This document shows positions 21,496 to 33,400 of a stretch of 64,000 bases of DNA, piece by piece. The notes below the pieces were generated by a model. The model did not search any database, was not told the origin of the DNA, and saw only the letters and a list, made by a program, of their open reading frames with translations. The position numbers and the translations under genes are program-made. Numbering within the stretch: position 1 is the first letter of the stretch; each line of letters opens with the position of its first letter. The stretch is from Squalus acanthias (Eukaryota). The DNA lies in contig CM059430.1 of NCBI GenBank assembly GCA_030390025.1, positions 73,098,001 to 73,162,000 on the forward strand, written 5' to 3'.

Positions 21496-24400
21496 CTAAA
21501 ATCACAAAAGAAGGATTCGATAATTTTGGGTTGCTGTGTCCTATTAGTATAAATCTACTGCGATGATCTGCATTAAGAATTGAATGTCTTACCTTTTAAA
21601 GGGGATTGATTTCAAATGGTCCACAATGAGGAGAGTCCCCACCATAATCACTGTTAACCCCAACAGGAAACGGAACAGATTCATGGTATGGAATCGGTCA
21701 ATAGAGGCTGGTGATAGCAACAAAAGGGACATTTAAAGACGTTTAATTATCAATAGCAGAGAGAGGAAGAGAGAACTATATATATTCAGTCTGAATCGTT
21801 CCAGTTTATTAAGGAGCTATGATTTTCCTGTGCCCTAATCGTTAGGACTGACTATCTCCTACCCAATGGTATGGTATGATTGTTTGTAGTCAGGGCTGTA
21901 CTGGGGATTTTAAAAGTGTGTACACCGTACATCAGCTATCAGATATATTGCCTGGAAGCACCTGAGAGCCAAGCTTCCTCCAAACAATTGTTTATGACAT
22001 TTTAAGTACCGCATTTCCAGCATTTGGAGGTTTACTTTTTTATTCACAAATATTTTCTGATGTGTACACTCCTTCCAATGGACCCCAGTTAGCTAGACAG
22101 AGAACCAATACAGAGAGAATTAAGAGATCCAAAATCAGAGTAACTGCTCAATATCTCATTGCTGTTCGTTGGACCATTATGCGAAATTTGTCTGAAAAAC
22201 CATTTCATTGGCTGTGAATCTCTATGAGACGTCAAGGGGACGTGAACGACGCTTTATCAATCCAAGTTATTACTTTGTGATCATCTATTCGCAAAATAAT
22301 ATTTGGTTATTGACTCTGGGTTGAAGTTCATTCTTATTGCACCCAATAAATTTTGTTAAACCTGACAGTATCTCTTGGTGATTTTGTTTGTTAAATGCCT
22401 CATGTATGGCAGTTTTCCGCTAACCATTCCTTTATCCCAGGTAGTAACACATTTAAATTAATATTAATTTACAGAAACTCAGGGCTTCATCACCACAATT
22501 TCTGACCTGTGCTCCAATTTTTAATACTCTCTGCTTGGTGCATGTAATCACTATTTTACATTTTTGCCTCAAGACAAAAATTGAGATGCTTGATCTGCCC
22601 TAGCTAATTGGTCCAATATATGAAACAGCTGGCAGTTCTGAGATTGTACCGTGGAGGTATTTGTCCTTTTTCGGTTACTCAGAAACTTCACTTGCAGAAT
22701 ATCCGCCCCTTTCCTCCCTGTAGAGTTCATTACCTCATGAACTTTAACATGTAGCTGTGCAGCCTCCCTTCGTATAAACTTTTATAGGGACTCGGTAAAT
22801 CCCAATTCTGGCACTTGGGAAAGATACTACCGTTAAGAACTGTGAGTGACTGTTGCAGAACAGAGGCCTTCTACCCCACAGCAAAAGAGCCCATTATATC
22901 AGCAACCAACTTATTTGATCTTCTTTCACAGTCCTCGATTTTAACTCCACCCACCAGCCGTAAATCAGGCAGAGTTGGGGGTGTGAGCAGTTAGAATGCA
23001 GCGGGGAACTTCTACTCATTGTCTGCGCTGATCTGACCGATTGCACTGTTAATTTTTTACGCCTGAAAAATGCAGGCCCGGCTCCGCTGGCATTCATCCG
23101 GGCCCGCTCTGTATTTTTAAACTGAGGGCTGTGGGGAGAGCTGGGGTCCTTTCCCTACAGGCCACAAGTACCTAGAACTGGACCCAGGCTCAAAGGTGAC
23201 CCAGAAATGATATTTTTTAGTTTTTCTTTTGCCTTTTTGTCAAGGGAATTCGTCCTCCTCTGGGCCCCATAGGAAACGTTGAGCCGCCCCTACCCCCCGC
23301 CACCCCCTGGTACTTTGTCGTCTCTCCCTATGGTGATTCCCCTCCCGGAGACTTTCCAGACTGCCGGCATAAGGATGCTGATGGTCTGCAATTATTCAAG
23401 AAAGTGGAGAGGGATAAACAAGGAAACTACAGGCTAGTCAGTCTATCATCGTTAGTGGGAAGATATTGGAAACCATTATCAGGGGCAAAATAAACTTTCA
23501 TTTGGAATGGCATGGTTTAATCAAGAAGAGTCAGCATGGATTTATTAAAGGCAACTCGAGTCTGACTAATTTGATTGAATGTTTTGATGAGGAAAAACAG
23601 AAGCTTGATCAAGGTATTGCAGTAGACGTTGTATTTATGGACTTTCGCTAGGCATTCAACAAAGTGACACACCGGAGGTTTGTTAAGAAGACGGAAGATT
23701 TAAGGGGAAAGTAACAGCATGATTATGAAATTGGCTCATTGATGGGAAGCAAAGGGCGGTGGTGAATGTATTATTTTCAGACTGGGAGATGGTTTGCAGT
23801 GGTGTTCCCCAAGGGTCAGTTCAGCATCCATTACTTTTTTAATTTTTATAAACGATCTAGACTCAAAGTCTGCAGGTGATGCGATATTTGGCAACGTAAT
23901 AGATAGTGATGATGATACTTTGAGACTTCCATGTTGCAGGATTGTGAAACATAGAAACATAGAAACATAGAAAAATAAGAGCAGGAGTAGGCCATTAGGC
24001 CCATCGAGCCTGGTCCACCATTCAATATGATCATGGCTGATCCTCCTTCTCAGTGCCATATTCTACGACACGCCCCATACCCCTTGATGCCTTTTGTGTC
24101 TAGAAATCTATCTATCTCCTTCTTAAATAAATTCAGTTTGTTGGCCTTCACAACCTTCTGTGGTAGATTGTTCCACAGGTTCACCACCCTCTGAGTGAAG
24201 ACATTTCTCCTCATCTCAGTCCTAAATGTCCTACCCCGTATCCTGAATCTGTGACCACTCGTTCTCGACCCTCCAGCCAGGGGGAACATCCTCTCTGCAT
24301 CCAGTCTGCTTAGCCCTGTCAGAATTTTATTTGAAATGGGCAGAAGCATGGCTGATGGAGTTCAACGTGGAGAAGTGTGATTGATGCACTTGGGAAGGAC

Positions 24401-27400
24401 TATTATGGAAAAACAGTATAATATAAATGAGACGATTTTGGCAAGTGTAGAGGAGCAGACAAAACTTGGTGTCGATATACACAAATACTTGTAGGTGGCA
24501 GGGCATTTTGATAAGGTGGTTAAAAAACCATATTGGTTACTTCGATTTATAAACAGTGGAATAGAATATAAGATGAAAGAGATTATGCTAGAACTTTATA
24601 AATCACTGCTTAGGGCTCAGCTGGAGCAAGGTGGACTGTTTTGGGCACCAAATTTAAGGAAAGATGTAAAGGCCTTAGAAAGGGTAAAGAATATGTTTAC
24701 CAGGATGATACCAGGGCTGAGGGACTTCAGTTGAGAGGGGATGTGGGAAATATTAGGACTGTTCTCCTTGGAACAGAAAAGTTTAAGAGGTGAACTAATA
24801 GAGGATATCAAGATGATGAGAGGTTTTGATAGAATACATCGAGAAAAAAACCATTCCTTCTGGCGAGTGGATCAATAACCAGAGGTCATGGAATTCAAAC
24901 CATTGGCGGATGATCTAGAGGGGAGATGAGGAGAATTTTTAATCACTCAGCGACTTATCAGGATCTGCAACGCTCTACCATTAAAGGTGGTAGAAGCTGA
25001 TTGCATAAAAAATTTAAGAGGGAGTTCGACATGTTCTTGAGGATGAGGAACTTACAAGTTTACTGACATAAAGCGGAGGTTTAGGATTCAGCAACGACTG
25101 CTCTTTCAAGAATCCAGCACACGCACGACGGGCCGAATGTCCTCCTTCTGTGCTGCATGTTTCTAAGTTGGTATTATTGAAAGCACAATGCATATATATT
25201 TCTCTTTGTCCTGCGTATAATGAAATTGTGAAGCGGGTTACATAAAAACAAAATGTTATGATTTGACTACACACAAGACGCAGTATAGTATTCGTCATTC
25301 TATTAATACTTGGTTGTTAAAGAATCCTAGCATTATAGAAACTTGCAGCACAGAAGGAAGCCTTTCTGCGCATCGTGCCTGTGCTGTCTCTTTGAAAGAA
25401 CAGTCGTTCTTAGACCCATCCTCCCACTTATTGACCGGAAACTTTTAAGTTCCTCATCCTCATGCTCACCTCCTGACTTTTAGAATCCGTTCCACCTACT
25501 ACAGGGCACAAATTGGGAGTGTAATGGAATACTCTCTTACCTGGATGAGTGCAGCTCCAACTTCTTACGACTTTTTTGCTTTAGAAACTATTTTCATCAT
25601 AAAATCATGCGATTATTGGAAAGCAATAATGCACCACGAAAATATTTCCATAAAAATTTGCAACCGACGGTTAATCTTCAACTGTTTGAGACCGCAGAGT
25701 ATGTTTAGTTATTAATCTCTTCTGTTCCCACTTGCTCTTTGCTATATTTCCACAGTTACGTTTTATGAATATTAAAGTGTTGGGTGATTTACGGATAGGA
25801 CGAGAAAGTGGAGTTGAGGTACAAGATCAGCTATGAAATTAATGAATGATGGAGTAGACACGCCCTGCTTATATTTTCCATGTTTATCTTAAATTTCATG
25901 AATCAGGTATAAGTATAAGCCTTTGTATTAGCACAAACTCTAGCTGCAATGCATAAAATGTGACGTGCCAAATATGCGGAAAACAATTGTTAAAGTTACT
26001 GTTTAAGATCATTTCCAGATATATTGAGTAGACTGAGGGGGGAGTGCAGAGTGTGGGAGCAATTTCGAATTTGCACGATACTGTAAAACGGGCTATATCA
26101 GATCAGGACCCCCACCCGCCTCCCCCCGCGCCTATGAACACTTCTCCCGATTTTCATTCCCATTCTGCAGCCCCAACCAGGGCCTATACGGGTTTCCATC
26201 GCGTCACCTTTTAATAGGAGAACGTGAGTAGAATCAGAGTAAAAGTTGTTCATTGTTGGACTAGGCTAAGCCACGCAAAGGAGAGTGATCCATGTCCCCA
26301 AGCACTCGTTCCAGGTGAAACAGCGATGTACTTGTGCTTTTTTCAATTTAGTATACTTTATTTGCTGCTCAAAATGCAATCTCCTCTGCATTAGGGATAC
26401 CAAAAGGAGATTGGGTGGTCGCATTACAGAACACCTCTACTAAGTCCGCAAGCATGACCATAGGCTTCCAGTCAGTACCCATTTTAATTCTGCATCCCAC
26501 TCCCACTCTGACTTCTCCCTTCTCGGCCTCGTACACTTTTCCAATGAGGTTGAACAGAAGCTCGAGGAACAGCATCTCATCATTCGATTTTACAACCTTC
26601 CGGATTCAACATTCATTTCAATAAATTCAGATGACAACCACTGCTCCTATTTTTTCGGACAGCAGATGCTGGTAATAGATATGCTGTTGCCTTTTACAGC
26701 TCGTCTGGACTCTGCCTAATCATGTTATCATTTTCTAAGTGACTTGATACCACTTCCTTAACAATGGATTCAAACATTTTCGCGAGCACTGATATCAGGC
26801 TAACTGGCCTGTAGTTCCCTTTTTTTTCTCTCCATCCTTTCTTGAATAGCGGTGTGATATTGGCGATCTTACAATCCGCTGTGACCATTCCAGAATCTGG
26901 GAAATTTTGGAAGATCAAAGCCAATGCATCCATAAGAACATAAGAATATAAGAAATAAGAGCAGGAGTAGTCCACTCGGCCCTTCGAGCCTGCTCCGCCA
27001 TTCAATGAGATCATGGCTGATCTTCTGCGTCAACTCCATTAACCAGCCCTATCGCCATATCCCTTGATGCACATTCTCGTCAGATATCTATCGACTTCTG
27101 TTTTGAATATACCCAATGACTGAGCCTCCCCCGCCCCCTGTGGTAGAGAATACCAAAGATTCACCGCCTTCTATGTGAAGAAATGTCTTCTCATCTCAGT
27201 CCTTAATGGCCTACCCTTTATCCTGAGGCTGTGGTCCCTGGTTCTAGACTCCCCAGCCAAGGGAAACATTCTCCCAGCATCCACCCCAACAAGCCCTGTA
27301 ATAATATTATATGCTTCAATGAGATCCCCTCTAATTCTTCTGAATTCATGAGAATACAGGCCTAGTTTACTCAATCTCTTCTCATACGACAGTCCCGCCA

Positions 27401-30400
27401 ACCAAGGAATCAATCTCGTGAACATTGGTTGCACTCCCTCTATGGCAAGTATACCCTTCCTTATGTAGGGAATCCAAAATTGTACACAGTACTCCACGTC
27501 TGGTCTCACCAATGCCCTATATAATTGGAGTAAGACTTCTTTACTCTTGTATGCAAATCCTCGTGTAATGAAGGCTAGCATACCATTTGCCTTCCTAATG
27601 GCTTGCTGCACCTGCACATTCACTTTCAGTGACACATGTACAAGAGCAGCCAGGTCCCTTTGAGCATCTGCATTCCCCAATCTTTCACCCTTTAGGAAAT
27701 ACTCTGCCTTTCCGTTTTTTCTACCAAAGTGGATAACTTCATATTTATCCACATTATATGCCATCTGCCAGGTTCTCGCCCACTCACTGAAGCTGTCGAG
27801 ATCCCCTTGAAGCCTCTTGACATCCTCTTCGCAACTGACACTGCCACCTAGCTGTGTGTCATCAGCAAATTTGGAAATGTTACATTTAGTCCCCTCTTCC
27901 AAATCATTGATAATGATTGTGAATAGCTGGGGCCCAAGCACCGATCCTTGCGGTACCCCACTATTCACAGCCTGCCATCCTGAAAAACACCCGTTTATCC
28001 CTACTCTTTGTTTTCTGTCAGGTAACCAATCTCAATCCATGCTAGTATGTTAGCCCCAATTCCATGTGCCCTAATTTTGTTCAACAACCTCTTGTATGGA
28101 ACCTTATCGAAGGCCTTCTGAAATCCAAATACACCACATCTACCGGTTCTGCTTTGTCTACTCGACTAGTTACATCCTCAAAGAACTCCAATAGATTTGT
28201 CAAACAGGATTTCCCTTTCATAAATCCATGTTGACTCTGCCCAATCTTACTATTAGTTTCTAAGTGCCCAGTTATTGAATCCTTTATAATTGATTCCAGC
28301 ATTATCCCAACTGCTGATGTGAGGCTAGCAGGTCTGTAGTTCCCTGTTTTCTCTCTCACTCCTTTCTTAAATAGCGGGATACATTTGCTATCTTCCAATC
28401 TGCAGGAACCACTATCTCTTCAGCCACCTCTTTTGGAACCCTAGGATGTAGCCCGTCATATCCAAGGAATTTGTCGACTTTTAGTCGCATTAGTTTCTCT
28501 GATACTTTACCTTCACTTATATTAATTACGTTAAGTTCCTCACCCTCTTTTGACCCTTGTTTCCCCAACATTTTTGATATGCTTTTTATGTCTTCCACTG
28601 TGAAGAGAGATACAAAACATTTGTTTAACATTTCTGCCATTTACTTATTCCCCATAATAATTTCTGCTGTCTCAGCCTCTAAGGGACCAACGTTTACTTT
28701 TGCTACTCTTTTCCCTTTTGCATACTTGTAGAAACTCTTAAATTCTGCTTTTATATTTCCTGCTAGTTTTTCACATATTCTATTTTTTCCCTTTTTATCA
28801 ATTTTTTGGTCAACCTTTGCTGGTTTCTGAAACTCTTCTAATCCTCAGGATTATTATTATTTTTTGCAACATTGTAAGCTTCTTCTTTCAATCTAATGCT
28901 ATCCTTAACTTCTTTATTGAGCCATGGTTGTATCACTTTTCCTGCGGAGTTTTTGTTTCTTAATGGAATGTATTTTTGTTGAGAATTATGAAATATTTCT
29001 TTAAATGCTAAACACTGCTTCTCTACCACCATACCTTTTAATATATTTGTCCAATCTACCTTAGCCAAATCGCCACTCATCCCTATGTAATTGGCTTGAT
29101 TTAAGTTTACAATTCCAATTCCGGACCTAGGCAAGTCAATCACAAAATTAACGTGAAATTCTATCATATTTTGATCACTCTGCCCCAGAGGATTCTTTAC
29201 TATGAGATTGTTAGTTAACCCTGTCTCATTACACAATACAAGACCTAAAATAACCTGTTCCCTTGTTGCTTCCATGACATGTTGTTCTAGGAAACTGCCC
29301 CGAATCCCTTTCATGAACTCGTCCTCCAGACTACCTTTGCCAATTTGATTTGTCCAGTATATATGAAGATAAAAGTCTCCCAAGGTTATTGCATTACCTT
29401 TGCTGCAAGCACCTACTATTTCCCGATTAATATTTTGTCCAACAGTATAGCTACTGTTAGGGGGGCTATCTAATGCTCCTATCAGTGTTTTCTACCCCTT
29501 GTTATTCCTTATCCCCACCCATACTGATTCTACTTCCTGATCTTCCGAACCGAGATCCATTCTCGCTACTGTCCTTATGTCATCCTTTATTATCAGGGCA
29601 TCCACCCTCCTTTTCCATTCTATGTGTTTTTTCGAAACGACAAGTACCCTGGAATATTTATTGCCCAACCTTAAGCACCTTGCAACCAGTAATCTGTAAT
29701 GGCTATTGGCTCAAACACATTTATCTCTGTTTGTGCCACTAATTATAGTCTCCGGCATGTAAACATTTTCCTGTCACAGTTGCTTTAGTTAATAATTACA
29801 CTGTCATCTGTTATGTCTAGCGTGATTTGATATATAAAAGCGTTTCAGTCTTAATACTAACCAGCCTGTTTGTGAAGCTAGTGCTTTTCCAGCCCTACAT
29901 CAGGGGACGACGTTACAATTAACAAAACGTTTCCCACTCCCTGAATGACCTGTCACAGCGGGTCCGCAACTTCAAAAATTGGTGCTGTTATTTTAACTTT
30001 GAGGCAGGTTGCGGGGCGCAAGTTGGTTCTATGATTGAAAACCAGGCTAAGCGTATCAGCGTTCTGTTTTGCACTGCACCAGATTTTCTTTTCCATTCGC
30101 TTAAAACCCTTTGTCCTCAAAGTAACTAATAAGGCGATACTGCACATTTTAGGAATTGTTAGCTTCTACTTATTTGAGCTTCTATCTTCAAATGATCAGA
30201 GTGGTAGTCTACGGAAGCAATGGCCAAAGCTTTCACTTTTCTCAGGCATTTGAAACAAACACGCGACATTTTCCGGTTATTTTAACATGGGCCACATTTT
30301 GCTCTCAGTAGCACTCGAAAGGCCCACAAATTCACTGTAAATTAGAGAAGAAAAAAGCGCAGCGTTCTCTGAATTGCATACAGTAATCAGGTTGAATAAT

Positions 30401-33400
30401 AGATAATGAGCAGTGCAGAGTCTGAAAAAGGAAGCGTCAGTTACAATATTGAATTCAATGCCAAGATCAGGTACAGAATGCGAAATGAAGAAAGGGAATG
30501 AAAAATTAGGTAAAGGAAAATACATAAAAGAGATAGAAAGAAAAAGTGAAGAAAACGATTACATTTAATTCACCCATTTTTAAATCACTTATTAACGTCT
30601 GAAGGAATGAGACTCCACACTTGTAAAAGTTAATTTTCAGTGTCAGAGAGATTGCCGGCAGTTAAGACTTACCACGCTGTTAAAAGGGTACTTACAATGG
30701 AAAGGACAAGCCCTATATTTTTTCTGGCTAGTTCAGTCGTATATATGAGGTAAGTACAGCATATTCAAGGCGTTAAATATATTTGAATGGGGAACCAAAC
30801 AGCGAGATGTGACTTTCGGGAAGCTTTTGGCAGAACAACGCATATTGGACAGCAACTTCCTGATTGTTGAATTAAAACTAGCATTATATAGAAACCGCAG
30901 GAAGCCCAAAAGCACTTTACAACCTATTACGTAGATTTGAAGTGTAATCACTTTTGTAAAGTAATAACTACAACAGCCACTTTGTGTACAGCAAGCTCCC
31001 TCTAACAGCAATGTGATAATTACCAGATAATTAGGTTTTTTTAGATTTGATTGAGGGTTCAATATTGACCAGGACACCAGGGATAACTCTGCTGCTCTTT
31101 TGCGAAATAGTGACATAGGATCTTTTACGTCCATCTGAGACAGCACAAAGGGCCTCGATTTATTGTCTCATCCGAAAGACAGCACCTCTGACAGTGCTGC
31201 ATCCCCTCAATACTGCACTGTAGTGTCAGCCTATTTTTTTTACACAGATCTCTGGAGTGGAACTTAAACGCACAACTTTCTGGTTCAGAGGCTAAGGGCT
31301 ACCAATGGAACCACGGCAATCAAGGATTTATGCGTTGAAATGTGCATGTGCAGTCACCAGAAGTTGCTGTCCTATTTCTTCGTAAATAATGGGGAGCATT
31401 GTCAGCCTCGGCGTTATTTCTATAGCAAAATCCGTCGTATTGATTTGATATTTATTGTCTTAACCTTGTAGGACTTTGTTACTTTAGAAATTATTTGCAT
31501 CATGAAATTATGAGAAAACTGGAAAGCACTGTAGCATCACTAAAATATTTATTGGTAAGCAATTTGTAACTCCAGGTTAAACATAAACTGTTTGCTGACC
31601 ACGGATTATGATTGTTAGAATTAGTTATTAAACATTTTTGTTCCCGCTTGCCCAAAGCTATATTTCCACAGTTACTGTTTTATGAACAACAAGGGATATG
31701 GGGATAGACCGGGAAAGTATGTTGAGCTTACGCTCCAAAACTAGCCTCGCCTCTAGCTAAGATGCTCCAGTACAGCTACAACACTGACCTTTATCCGACA
31801 ATGTGGAAAACTGCCCAGGTATATCCTGTCCACAAAAAGCAGGACAAATCCAATCCGGCCAATTACCGCCGCATCAGTCTACTCTCAATCATCAGCAAAG
31901 TGAGGGATGGTGTCATCGACAGTGCTATCAAGCGGCACTTACTCACCAATAACCTATTCATTGTTGCCCAGTTTATGCTTTGCCAAGACCACTCGGCTCC
32001 CGACCTCATTACAGCCTAAATTCCAGAAGTGAGGTGAGAGTGTCTGCCCTTGACATCAAGGCAGTATTTGACCGAGTGTGGCATGAAGGAACCCTAGTAA
32101 AACGGAAGATAATGGGAATCGGGGGGGAAACTCTCCATTGGTTGGAGTCATATCTAGCACAAAGTAAGATGGATGTGGAGATTGAAGGTCAATCATCACA
32201 GACCCAGGACATCGCTGCAGGAGTTTGTCAGGGCAGTGTCCTAGGCAAAACCATCTTCAGCTGCTTCATCAATGACATTCCCTTCAAGATAAGGTCAGAA
32301 ATGGGGATGTTCGCTGATGACCTGACAGTGTTGAGCGCCATTCACAACTCATCAGATAATGAAGCTGTCCATGCCCGCATGCAATACGTCCTGGACGACG
32401 TTCAGGCATGGGCTGATAAGTGGCAGGTAACATTCGCGCCACAGAAGTCCCAGGCAATGACTATCTCCAACAAGCGAGAGTCAAACCACCGCCCCTTGAC
32501 ATTCAATGGCATTACCATCGCCGAATTCCCCACTATCAACATCCTGGGTGTCACCATTGACCAGAAAATTAACTGGACCAGCCGCATAAATACTGTGGCA
32601 GCAAGAGCCGGTCAGAGGTTAGGTTTTCTGCGGCGAGTGTCTCAACTCCTGAATCCCCAAATTCTTTCTACCATCTACAAGGCGCAAGTAAGGAGTGCGA
32701 TAGAATACTCACTACTTGCCTGGATGAGTGCAGCTCCAACAGCGATGAAGAAGCTCGACACCATCTCGGTCAAACCAGCCCGCTGGATTGGCACCCCATC
32801 TACCAACTTAAAAAATCACTCCCTCCACCACCAGCGTACCGTGGCTGCAGTTTGTACCATCTGCAGGATGCACTGCTGCAACTCGCCAAGGCTTCTTCGG
32901 CAGCACCTCCCAAACACGCAACATCTTCCACCTAGAAATACAATTTTGCAGGCGCATGGCAACACCACCATCTCCAAGTTCCCTTCCAAGTCACACACCA
33001 GCCCGCCTTAGAAGTGTATCGCCGAACCTACATCGTCGCTGGATCAAAATCCTGGAACTCCCCACCTAACAGCACTGTGGGAGTACTTTCAACAAGCGGA
33101 CAGCAGCTGTTCAAGAACGCGGCTCACCACCTCAATGGCAATTAATGATGGGCAATAAATGCTGCCAGCGACGCCCACATCCCATAAACGAATAAAAAAA
33201 TATCATGCATGAACTAATTGAATGGCGGAGCATACTCGAGGAACCGTATAGCCTACTCCTGTACCTATTTCTCATGTTCTTATTAAAATTCATCAAACAT
33301 ATACATGTATAAGCATCTGTACTAGGACAACCCCTCGGTGTGATGCAGAACATGTGACGGAACAATCTTGTGCTAAACAGAAAACATAAATTATTTGTTT

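Noticed and set aside
29860-29950. Hydrophobic stretch VIQGVGNVLLIVTSS followed by a GTTAGT donor on the minus strand (possible decayed TM exon)
   Set aside because: Has in-frame stops, needs a frameshift and has no good acceptor. Indistinguishable from chance.
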